Source of the DNA: a virus
Taxonomy: Duplodnaviria; Caudoviricetes
Strand: one strand, 5' to 3'
Virus record (IMG/VR): IMGVR_UViG_3300020403_000020
Span: 1-48,090 of that record
Length of the DNA: 48,090 bases
The first letter of the stretch is position 1; each line of letters starts with the position of its first letter. This document shows, one piece after another, positions 7,274 to 15,391 of the stretch. The notes under the pieces are model-generated. The model saw nothing but the letters and a program-made list of their open reading frames with translations, was not told the origin of the DNA and searched no databases. The translations under genes were made by a program, and so were the position numbers.

Positions 7274-8551
7274 ATGAAGACCAAAACCGTGAAGATTTCG
7301 GAGCTGACGCCAGACGACATTAACGCCAACAAGGGCACGCCGCGCGGGTCTGCCATGCTTGAGAAGTCACTGCGCGAATATGGTGCAGGACGGTCGGTGC
7401 TAGTCGATAAGGCTGGCAGGATTATCGCGGGCAACAAAACAATCGAGGCGGCCGGCAGCATCGGGCTAGAGGACGCCGTGATGGTTGAGACGGACGGAAC
7501 GCGGGTTGTTGTCGTCAAGCGTACCGACTTGGACCTAGACAGCCCACAGGGGCGCGGGCTTGCAATCGCTGACAATCGCGTGTCCGAGGTAGGTCTTGAT
7601 TGGGATTTGGAAGCACTCGAAAAAATTGGCGAAGAGTTAGACCTGAATCAATTCTGGTTCGATGATGAATTGCCTGAAATAGATTTCGGCAGCATTGACG
7701 GCGAAGACGACGAGCCAACAGGCGACGCCGACGCAGTGCCAGAAGTCGAAGACGCACCGACAAGCAAGCGCGGCGATTTGTGGATACTTGGCGACCATCG
7801 CGTTTTGTGTGGCGACTCGACGAACGCCGACGACGTGGCGCGGCTTATGAATGGCAAGCTTGCCGAAATGACGTTTACAGACCCCCCGTATGGCGTGAAC
7901 TATACAGGCGGACATTTTCACAGAGGCATGATAGTACGAAAAAGGGAAAAGCTAGCAAACGACACAAGCGAGCAAATTTACACGGACGTGATACCCGTCA
8001 TTGCAAACTTCTGTGACGGTCCCGTGTATACTTGGTTTGCTGATACAAAACCCCTTGCGCTTTACGAGGCGGTTAATAAAATTGGCACTATTCACGCGCT
8101 CATAATTTGGCACAAGACAAACGCGAAGTACGCCGCAATGAATGCACAATATAAACAACGCCATGAACCTTGTTTATACTGGAAGCCGAAAAAGTCAACT
8201 CTTCGTTGGTGCGGAGCAAGCACAGAAAACACGCTTTGGGAAATCAAGAGGGACCATGCAAACACGTTCCATCCGACGCAAAAGCCGATAGATTTGGCGC
8301 GTCGTGCCATTTCAAACCATAACGCGGAATCAGTGCTCGATTTATTTCTTGGCAGCGGCTCGACACTAATCGCAGCCGAAGAAACAGGGCTCAAGTGCTA
8401 CGGCATGGAAATATCGCCGCAATACGTGGACGTCATTATTAAACGGTGGCAGGATTACACGGGCAAAGATGCCACACACGAAGACGGGCGCACATTTGCC
8501 CAGGTAGCCGAAGAAAGGGCGAGCAATGAAGCGCAAGAAACCGAAGAATAA
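7274..8551 (+). CDS. ParB-like N-terminal domain fused to an N4/N6 DNA methyltransferase
   Basis: N-terminal SLREYGAGRSVLVD...IIAGN...IADNR; C-terminal LGDHRVLCGDST, TDPPY, HPTQKP, DLFLGSGSTL; start at ATG 7274 behind GAGG. Confidence 0.9.
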   Translation: MKTKTVKISELTPDDINANKGTPRGSAMLEKSLREYGAGRSVLVDKAGRIIAGNKTIEAAGSIGLEDAVMVETDGTRVVVVKRTDLDLDSPQGRGLAIADNRVSEVGLDWDLEALEKIGEELDLNQFWFDDELPEIDFGSIDGEDDEPTGDADAVPEVEDAPTSKRGDLWILGDHRVLCGDSTNADDVARLMNGKLAEMTFTDPPYGVNYTGGHFHRGMIVRKREKLANDTSEQIYTDVIPVIANFCDGPVYTWFADTKPLALYEAVNKIGTIHALIIWHKTNAKYAAMNAQYKQRHEPCLYWKPKKSTLRWCGASTENTLWEIKRDHANTFHPTQKPIDLARRAISNHNAESVLDLFLGSGSTLIAAEETGLKCYGMEISPQYVDVIIKRWQDYTGKDATHEDGRTFAQVAEERASNEAQETEE

Positions 8552-8912
8552 GCCAATTGACACATGGCGAGACGTCAAGCTGCGACTGCCAGCAAACTTC
8601 GTCAAAGGATTGTCAGACGTGCGAGACGAAGACGGCAACGCATATTCGTTACCAGTGGCACGCGGCAACGCAATCATGAACCGCATGGCCTACGCATTGA
8701 AGGTTTCCGAGTCGCTCGCTGTAAAGCTAAACGAAAGAACAGGACAGCTGACGCGAGCTATGGAGCTGTTACAAAAATTTGAAACTAGAATGAAAGAGAA
8801 CGGGGTAGAATATGCCGACCTACTTGAAGCCGAAGAAGTACACGACGAAAGCGGAACTGACACAGACGACAGTAATGTTGAAAGTGAGCGAGGCGACGTT
8901 AGCGAAAATTGA
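8526..8912 (+). CDS. Hypothetical protein (possible ribbon-helix-helix plus coiled coil)
   Basis: Overlaps the MTase end; DVKLRLPANFVKGL pattern. Confidence 0.6.
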   Translation: MKRKKPKNKPIDTWRDVKLRLPANFVKGLSDVRDEDGNAYSLPVARGNAIMNRMAYALKVSESLAVKLNERTGQLTRAMELLQKFETRMKENGVEYADLLEAEEVHDESGTDTDDSNVESERGDVSEN

Positions 8913-9234
8913 CGCCATTGAAGCAGAGCCCGCGAAGAAGGGCGCAAAAATGCCAGAGGTTCGAGGCGCCAAGATTCAGAAAATGGTTGATGATTTAGGG
9001 CGTGACTCAGAAGCGGCCGCAGAAATTCAGCGGCTCCAGATTCAGCTTGCATCGACAAAAAAGGCATACACCGAAGCATCCGAAGAGCTGGACGTTTTGG
9101 CGAAAAGCGGCAGCCAAAGCCAGGACGCAATCAAGCAGTTGCAAGAAAAGTTGGAGACTGCCAAGCATCTGGCAGAATCTCGAAACAAAATCATCCGCTC
9201 GCTTATGACAATTGTGAACGAGGTAGGGTTCTGA
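8812..9234 (+). CDS. Hypothetical coiled-coil protein (possible RHH N-terminus)
   Basis: GGGG RBS; TTVMLKVSEATLAKID; heptad-rich C-terminus. Confidence 0.6.
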   Translation: MPTYLKPKKYTTKAELTQTTVMLKVSEATLAKIDAIEAEPAKKGAKMPEVRGAKIQKMVDDLGRDSEAAAEIQRLQIQLASTKKAYTEASEELDVLAKSGSQSQDAIKQLQEKLETAKHLAESRNKIIRSLMTIVNEVGF

Positions 9235-9281
9235 TATTTTAAAGACTGCGGTGCCTCCCTTGCCGCAAGTTAGGTAAGCCT

Positions 9282-9323
9282 ACAAAACCCGCACGCTGTC
9301 TCAGTGTGCGGGTTTTGTTTTTT
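9282..9323 (+). terminator. Rho-independent terminator
   Basis: ACAAAACCCGCACGCTG-TCT-CAGTGTGCGGGTTTTGT stem followed by a T run. Confidence 0.85.
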
Positions 9324-9364
9324 GGTGGTCATACAATCAGGTACAATGTATGCAAAAGGGCACG

Positions 9365-9393
9365 TTGTGTGCAGCGAGCACACATTGTATACT
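9365..9393 (+). promoter_or_regulatory. Putative promoter of the head operon
   Basis: TTGTGT(9365)-N17-TATACT(9388), 9 nt before the portal ATG. Confidence 0.55.
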
Positions 9394-9402
9394 AGGGTAC
9401 GT

Positions 9403-10932
9403 ATGGCAACTCTCTACACCATAGCGCAAGAGCGCGCGAAAGAATTTCTTGAACTGCCTGAAGAGCTACCAGGGCGACCGGCCGGCTATAGCGGCACTCG
9501 TATCACTGGCGGGCATCTTCCGAGTGAGTACGAGCATAATATTGAGTTCCGTACACCAAGGCGCCGCGCGCTGATGGTGGGGCGCATGCTTCGCACTTCT
9601 CCGATTCTATCGCTTGCGGAAGAATACCTGACAGGGCTTTGCACGGCGGTCAAGTTGACGGTCAAGCGAAACGAGAGCACTAGCGAAGAAGCTGCCGAGG
9701 CTTTGGAGAGGCAATTTGGTCTTGGCAAATATGAAGACGCGGGCGGGCGTCTCGGTGACATGACGACGGATGAGCTGATTCGTCATTTGATGAGCGCGCG
9801 CACATATGGACATGTCGCCCTTTCTGAAGCATACGAATTTGATGAGTCTGATGGCTTGTACTACATAAGCCTACACCGACGGCGGCAAGAGTCCTATGAT
9901 GCATACATTACCGAGCAGGGTACAGAGCGGCTTCTGGGTATCCTTCAGCGGTACGGATATGTGGCGGGTAACGTGGCGTCTCGTGTACTTCCGTTGCGCG
10001 AAACTCTGTGGCTTGTCAATCGCCCTGACATCGGATGGTATGACGGGCAGAGCACTTTCCGTTCTGTTTATCCGCACTGGCGCTCGGAGCAGCTGCGCTA
10101 CCGTCTCGAAGACTTGGCAGCGAATAAATACGCGGACCCGCCGCAACAGGGCAAGCTCTTACTAGATAGATTTGTGCAGTATGCTAACGGTTTAGACGGG
10201 GCGCCGCCAACGCGTGACGACTTTACCGAAGAGCTTGGCGACATGGCGAACAAGTTGTCAAATCTACACAGTGACGAAAATGGGCACCTTTTACATCCTG
10301 ATTGGTGGGAGTTTACGCAGCGCGCAAATCAACACACATATAATCCCGCGCCGTTGCTAGAGTCTGCAAGTCATCACCAGCGAGTCATGGCGGAGCGGCT
10401 TTATATAGCATGGGTTACCCAAGGGCGTAAAGGTGACGGCGGCAGCCGCTCCATGGTGGACGTTCAAAGCTCAATCATTCAGGACGCCACCATCGATTCC
10501 ATGCAATGGATTTGCAACGCGCTGAATCGTCAGACAGTGGCGCGCTTTATGAAGGCGAATTTCTCAAAGCTCGATAGGTCTGAGTATCCCAGAATCTCAT
10601 TTGAGCGCGGCGCAATCGTGACCCCATGGTGGCAGACGAATGCACAGGCATTTGCACAGTTTGTCAGTCAAGGCATCGTCAGCATAAGCCCAGAGGACGA
10701 GCGGGCAGTGCGTGCTGCATCCGATTTGCCTGACCCCTCTGACGAAATGCCTACACAGGTTGACAGAATTGCGGCGCAGGCGGGCGGACGCTTGAATACT
10801 GCGCAGGGACAGCGAGAAGCAGCCGAGCCAGGCAAGTCGCGAGCACAGCCAAACAAGTTTGTGAATCGTTTGGTAGATGAAGAACAGCTGACAGCTGCAC
10901 AGCCTGAAGCGGAAGCAGAGGGCGAAGACTGA
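9403..10932 (+). CDS. Portal protein (Mu gp29 / DUF935-like)
   Basis: About 510 aa, first gene of the head block; MSARTYGHVALSE, YDGQSTFRSVY, ICNALNRQTV...N...YPRISF patterns. Confidence 0.75.
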   Translation: MATLYTIAQERAKEFLELPEELPGRPAGYSGTRITGGHLPSEYEHNIEFRTPRRRALMVGRMLRTSPILSLAEEYLTGLCTAVKLTVKRNESTSEEAAEALERQFGLGKYEDAGGRLGDMTTDELIRHLMSARTYGHVALSEAYEFDESDGLYYISLHRRRQESYDAYITEQGTERLLGILQRYGYVAGNVASRVLPLRETLWLVNRPDIGWYDGQSTFRSVYPHWRSEQLRYRLEDLAANKYADPPQQGKLLLDRFVQYANGLDGAPPTRDDFTEELGDMANKLSNLHSDENGHLLHPDWWEFTQRANQHTYNPAPLLESASHHQRVMAERLYIAWVTQGRKGDGGSRSMVDVQSSIIQDATIDSMQWICNALNRQTVARFMKANFSKLDRSEYPRISFERGAIVTPWWQTNAQAFAQFVSQGIVSISPEDERAVRAASDLPDPSDEMPTQVDRIAAQAGGRLNTAQGQREAAEPGKSRAQPNKFVNRLVDEEQLTAAQPEAEAEGED

Positions 10933-13385
10933 TGCCTTTCAAATCAGAACATGCGGCGCGTCAGCTGGAGCCAAGCCAATTCGACGACTTCCGAAGGGTA
11001 CACGAGGAGGTTGCGCCCGATGGTATTGATTTCATTTATGGTATCAAACCAGACGGCTCCACCGAAATTCAGAGCGTGCGGGCAGATGCTGAGATGTGGA
11101 GCGTGGAGCGTTTTACGTCATGGCTTGAAGAGCACGACCTGACCGCCGACTTTCTTGAACCAGCGGCCAAAGAGCAGGAAGAGGAAGAGCTGAACAAAGA
11201 CGACGCGAGCACGCCTGCGAAACCCTCAGAGAGAATCAAGGGCAGCGACGCCAACAAGAAAGGCAGCGCGAGCGGTGAGCGTGGCGGCATTGAAGTCAGC
11301 GAGCAAACGGAAACAGCTCTGCGCAAAAAGGTCCAAGAGCATAACGAATCGGTTAAGGGTGACTTGGCAAAGCGAACAAATCTTGGAGCATTAAAAGCGG
11401 TCTATCGAAGAGGTGCGGGCGCTTTCAGCACGAGTCACCGCCCAGGCATGACACGGGGTCAGTGGGCATTTGCGCGAGTTAACGCCTTTCTGCACTTACT
11501 AAAAACAGGCAAGCCGAAGTCTGCAAAGTATATCACTGATAACGATTTGCTGCCTGCGGGACATCCGAGATCCTCCAAGAAAGAGCGTGAAGACAGCCGC
11601 GAGTTAGGCCGAATGATTCGCTTGCCTGGATTTATTCGCGATGCCCTCAAAAAAGGGTTGCGGCTGCACGAAGCGGGGCGGAGTGGTGACGGTCTTGTCG
11701 CTGCTACGGTTCGCATGGCCACAATTGGATCAAGCTCAGGTGAATGGTCAGAGGAAAAGATCATAAAGGCGGCGGCATGGTTTGAACGCCACGCAGGTGA
11801 CCGCAAGCTGAAGGGCGGGCGGCGCTGGAATGTTAAAGGCGCGGAGACAGCTGGCTATGTTGCCTGGTTACTTTGGGGCAGTGATGCCAATGACCGCGGG
11901 GCGAACTGGATCAAAAACAAAGCTAAAGAATTGAAAGAGGAGCGCCAGGAGATGAATCAGCCAGAGCAACAAGATGCGACCGAGCTTGGTTTTTACGGTG
12001 ACAAAGACGAAAAGAAAAAGATGGCCTTTGAGCCCAAAGAGGGCGACCCCCTTGCGGATTACCGTGACCCAGACTCGACACTGGCACCAATGATCAAGCG
12101 CGAAGACGTTGAAGGTGACGAAAACAAGGACCTACATGTACTACGTCTTGGCACATTGTACGACCTTGATAGCGGCGAGATGGTCATGAATATGACCGAG
12201 GATTCAGCGCGCGAAATCGCACGCACAACGAGCCGAATGATTGAGGCAGGGCATGCGGTCCCGATTAGCTTTGAGCATGGCATAGAGGGCGGACAGCGTG
12301 GACAAAGCGGCGCAGACCGTCGCCCGTATGGGATGATCATGGGCGTCTATTATGACGAAATGCGGCGCGGTATATATGCGCGCAAGCAGTGGACGAAGTT
12401 GGGCAAATCTTTGCTGCTCGATTCAATGACGGAAGACGGGCGGACCGCAGTGCGTGTTTCTCCTAGAGTCATCATGAAGCCAGCTTATCATCCGAGTACG
12501 GGCGAGCGCCTCGGTGAGTCTTACATGGATGTAGTTTCTTTGACTACATTGCCGCGTCAGGACCGAATGGAGCCCGTGGCCTTATCACGACCAACAGTTA
12601 GAGTGTGCGCAGATGATGCGCCAGTATTAGAAACGGCGGGCGAAACCGCCACAACAGAAACAGGAGTTGTCGAAATGACAGAGAAGACCGAAGAAAAGAC
12701 GGTTGATGTTCTGCTCGCTCGCGGCTCCGAGGATGCCCGCACGATTTACACCGCCGCGGGACTCGAAGACGGGGCACCAGTTGTGGAGCTAGCCCGTAAG
12801 TTCGAGGCTTTGAATGCAGAGCTATCTCGGAGCAATGAAGAGTTGAGCAAGTACCGAAACGAAGAGCTTTCTAGGCTTGCAGCCGAAAAGGAAGCTGAGG
12901 TGCTTTCGTTTCTTGACCAGCATAATGTTGGCGAGGTTGAGCGCGAATTTTTCAAGGTTTCACTTTTGAGCGAAGACGAGAAAACCGCAGAGCTTGCACG
13001 GGAGACAATCATCGCACGAGGCGCGCCCGATACTTTGGCGGCCGTTGAGGAAGCGTTGACCGAGGCAAAGAAGCGTGGCGCAGTGCCCGCTGATTTCGTT
13101 GTTGAGGGTGAGCTCGCAGAGCTTAGCCGCACGGCTCCAGAGGTTGCGGTTGGTATCATCAACGCGATTCCAGGTGAGAACGTGGTACGAGTTGGAGAGC
13201 CCGCTGGTAGCGATGCAGCTGGTGTTGAAACACAGACTGCAATCGGTAAAGAAGAAGCTGGCGTGGAGCTTTCACGGCTTGCGCGCGGCATGGTTGCGGA
13301 AGGCAAGGTTACCAGCCTTATCGAAGCGCACAGAATGGCAAAAAATGAGCGGCCCGACTTAGTGGCAGCAATGAAGGAGAACTAG
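10932..13385 (+). CDS. Mu gpI-like prohead protease-scaffold with three additional N-terminal domains
   Basis: Lies between portal and capsid; protease-like PISFEH...YARKQWT...RVSP...VSLTTLP; acidic helical C-terminus; internal in-frame RBS+ATG at 11952 and 12675. Confidence 0.75.
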   Translation: MPFKSEHAARQLEPSQFDDFRRVHEEVAPDGIDFIYGIKPDGSTEIQSVRADAEMWSVERFTSWLEEHDLTADFLEPAAKEQEEEELNKDDASTPAKPSERIKGSDANKKGSASGERGGIEVSEQTETALRKKVQEHNESVKGDLAKRTNLGALKAVYRRGAGAFSTSHRPGMTRGQWAFARVNAFLHLLKTGKPKSAKYITDNDLLPAGHPRSSKKEREDSRELGRMIRLPGFIRDALKKGLRLHEAGRSGDGLVAATVRMATIGSSSGEWSEEKIIKAAAWFERHAGDRKLKGGRRWNVKGAETAGYVAWLLWGSDANDRGANWIKNKAKELKEERQEMNQPEQQDATELGFYGDKDEKKKMAFEPKEGDPLADYRDPDSTLAPMIKREDVEGDENKDLHVLRLGTLYDLDSGEMVMNMTEDSAREIARTTSRMIEAGHAVPISFEHGIEGGQRGQSGADRRPYGMIMGVYYDEMRRGIYARKQWTKLGKSLLLDSMTEDGRTAVRVSPRVIMKPAYHPSTGERLGESYMDVVSLTTLPRQDRMEPVALSRPTVRVCADDAPVLETAGETATTETGVVEMTEKTEEKTVDVLLARGSEDARTIYTAAGLEDGAPVVELARKFEALNAELSRSNEELSKYRNEELSRLAAEKEAEVLSFLDQHNVGEVEREFFKVSLLSEDEKTAELARETIIARGAPDTLAAVEEALTEAKKRGAVPADFVVEGELAELSRTAPEVAVGIINAIPGENVVRVGEPAGSDAAGVETQTAIGKEEAGVELSRLARGMVAEGKVTSLIEAHRMAKNERPDLVAAMKEN

Positions 13386-13389
13386 AGAA

Positions 13390-13815
13390 ATGGCTGTTTA
13401 TGTTCCATTAGAAGATCCCAAAGCAACCGCCACCGCTGGCGCTGCTATCTCAGAGGGTTTGTTTGTTAAGTATAACGCCGCAGGCACTAAGGTTGAAGTT
13501 GGTGACGGTAACGCAATTCACTGCGCTGGCGTTGCGGCTGAGGCTGCTACGGCTGACGGTGAAGGTATTCGTCTGTATGCTCTTGATCAGTATGCAAGAG
13601 TAATCGCGGGCGAGGCTTTGGACGCATCGAATGGTGCTGTTGATTGTCGCCTCACGTGTGGTTCAGGCGGAAATTCTGGCAAGGCTATGAAGGCTGGAGC
13701 CGCTAACGTGATTTGGGCTATGTGGATGCCCAAACCAGGCGAAACCGCAGCGGCTGGCGACTTCATCACGGTTCAGTTGCTTCAAGGCGCTGGCAAAGTC
13801 GTAGATGACGCGTAA
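13390..13815 (+). CDS. Head decoration / cement protein (DUF2190-like)
   Basis: Small Ala/Gly-rich protein (AGVAAEAA...AGEAL...AAAGDFI) directly before the major capsid gene. Confidence 0.7.
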   Translation: MAVYVPLEDPKATATAGAAISEGLFVKYNAAGTKVEVGDGNAIHCAGVAAEAATADGEGIRLYALDQYARVIAGEALDASNGAVDCRLTCGSGGNSGKAMKAGAANVIWAMWMPKPGETAAAGDFITVQLLQGAGKVVDDA

Positions 13816-13840
13816 TCATTTTATTTAGGAGTTTTTGAAA

Positions 13841-14944
13841 ATGTCACTTAACTATCAATCATTAAATCCCAAAAGTATTCTAAGGGATGCACTTATAGAT
13901 CCTAGCCCCGACTTGGCGGGTATGCAGCTGGCCTACCCAAAGATTTTCGGTATCCCAGGAATCAGCGAAGGCGGTGTGGCTCGTGGTCGTGCAATTGACC
14001 TGACTGGCAATCCAGGCTTTCTTCACGGCAAGCTCTTGGTTCGCAATAAGCGCGACCTTTTAGGTGCTGCGGCTGAAGGCTCTGTAGCCAAGCCAATCAA
14101 CAGCCCGCGTGATACCGTTGAGCGTTTCGCATACAGCGAAGTAGCTTTTGACCTTAAGCAGTTCGACGGCCGTACAACGATTCCATTGCCCTTCCTTGAA
14201 AACGGTTTCCTGTCTTCTGAAGACGAGGAACTGATGATGGTACAACGGGCTATGATGTCAGTTCACTTGAAGCTCGAAAGATACTGCTCCAGCTTCTTCA
14301 CCACACTCGCTGGTGATGCTAACCCAGATCGCGCAGCTGCGGGATGGACCGAAGTAAACTGGCAGACATCTGGTGGCACTGACTTGGATTCATCCTCTGA
14401 TTTCATGGAAGTCATGAGCAGCGTGATCCAAGACGCTCGCTTGCGCTCAACCGCTCCGATTAACGCCATCTACATGGGTCGTCGTGTAGCTGAAAAGCTC
14501 AGCCGTGAGGCGTCCATTCTTGGCCGTTCTGTTGTCGGTGACAGCACGCAGGGCGTTGCAATGGTGAACGGTCTTTCCGCAGCTCCATTGTCGCACGTTG
14601 AAAGTGTTCTAAAGGAATACTTGCAGCTTGACGAAGTTGTGATCAGTGGCGCAATCCAAGACAGCGCAAACCATGGTCAGCCATCATCAAAGAGCTACGT
14701 TTTCCCAACTGACCGCCTTTGGATTGGCTCAGCTGGCGAGCTTCAGCTTTCGGTACGTAGCGGTCAGACTCCACGCGTTATCAATGGCGCTGGCGCATTC
14801 TGCAAGCTCATTGGAAAGATGGACGTACAGATGGGTCCAGAGCCTGGCGTTATGCCGCAGAACTTCGAGGCGATTGCTGAATATTTCTGCGAAAGTGTTG
14901 CGCTTGATACCGATAAGGGTACAATCGTTCACAATCTGGGATAA
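13841..14944 (+). CDS. Major capsid protein
   Basis: About 367 aa, strong AGGAG RBS, canonical position after scaffold and decoration genes. Confidence 0.75.
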   Translation: MSLNYQSLNPKSILRDALIDPSPDLAGMQLAYPKIFGIPGISEGGVARGRAIDLTGNPGFLHGKLLVRNKRDLLGAAAEGSVAKPINSPRDTVERFAYSEVAFDLKQFDGRTTIPLPFLENGFLSSEDEELMMVQRAMMSVHLKLERYCSSFFTTLAGDANPDRAAAGWTEVNWQTSGGTDLDSSSDFMEVMSSVIQDARLRSTAPINAIYMGRRVAEKLSREASILGRSVVGDSTQGVAMVNGLSAAPLSHVESVLKEYLQLDEVVISGAIQDSANHGQPSSKSYVFPTDRLWIGSAGELQLSVRSGQTPRVINGAGAFCKLIGKMDVQMGPEPGVMPQNFEAIAEYFCESVALDTDKGTIVHNLG

Positions 14945-14952
14945 GGTAGATT

Positions 14953-15390
14953 ATGTCTGAAGAGCTGAAAAGGTACCGTTTGAATGGTTTGCGATTTGTC
15001 CATGATTCAAGGGGCAAATATGTTCAGGATGGCGGTGTGGCTTGGCTCGATGACGACAAGGCTGGGTGTATTCTGCGGGCATTGTCTCGCAGTGGGCGCC
15101 CTGATGACCTGGTGCTGATTGATGAAGTACCAGCAAGTCAGGGCGAGCCCGAGCCGATTGATCCCTCAACCAGTGACAGCACAGCAGGCGAGGACGGTTT
15201 CGAGGGTGCTTTACTCTCCGTTGACATTCTCGAAACCGTTCTTGCTTTGCATTTCTCGAAACGTAAAACCATCGCATCACTTTTGGTGAACGATGCAGTT
15301 CAAAGCACACCCGAGGCAGATGAAATCATAAGCAGCTCTTCCGCCGAAGATTTACAAGCGGCCTTCGAGGCAATCAAAGACGAGGCTTGA
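14953..15390 (+). CDS. Hypothetical acidic protein (head-associated)
   Basis: AAGG RBS; position after the major capsid gene. Confidence 0.7.
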   Translation: MSEELKRYRLNGLRFVHDSRGKYVQDGGVAWLDDDKAGCILRALSRSGRPDDLVLIDEVPASQGEPEPIDPSTSDSTAGEDGFEGALLSVDILETVLALHFSKRKTIASLLVNDAVQSTPEADEIISSSSAEDLQAAFEAIKDEA

Positions 15391-15391
15391 C

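Noticed and set aside
7274-7620. ParB domain as evidence of a plasmid-prophage partition system
   Set aside because: It is fused to an MTase, a common terminase-adjacent arrangement, and no ParA is present
9240-9325. Structured intergenic region as a tRNA
   Set aside because: No cloverleaf, T-loop or D-loop consensus; it is a small stem followed by a terminator
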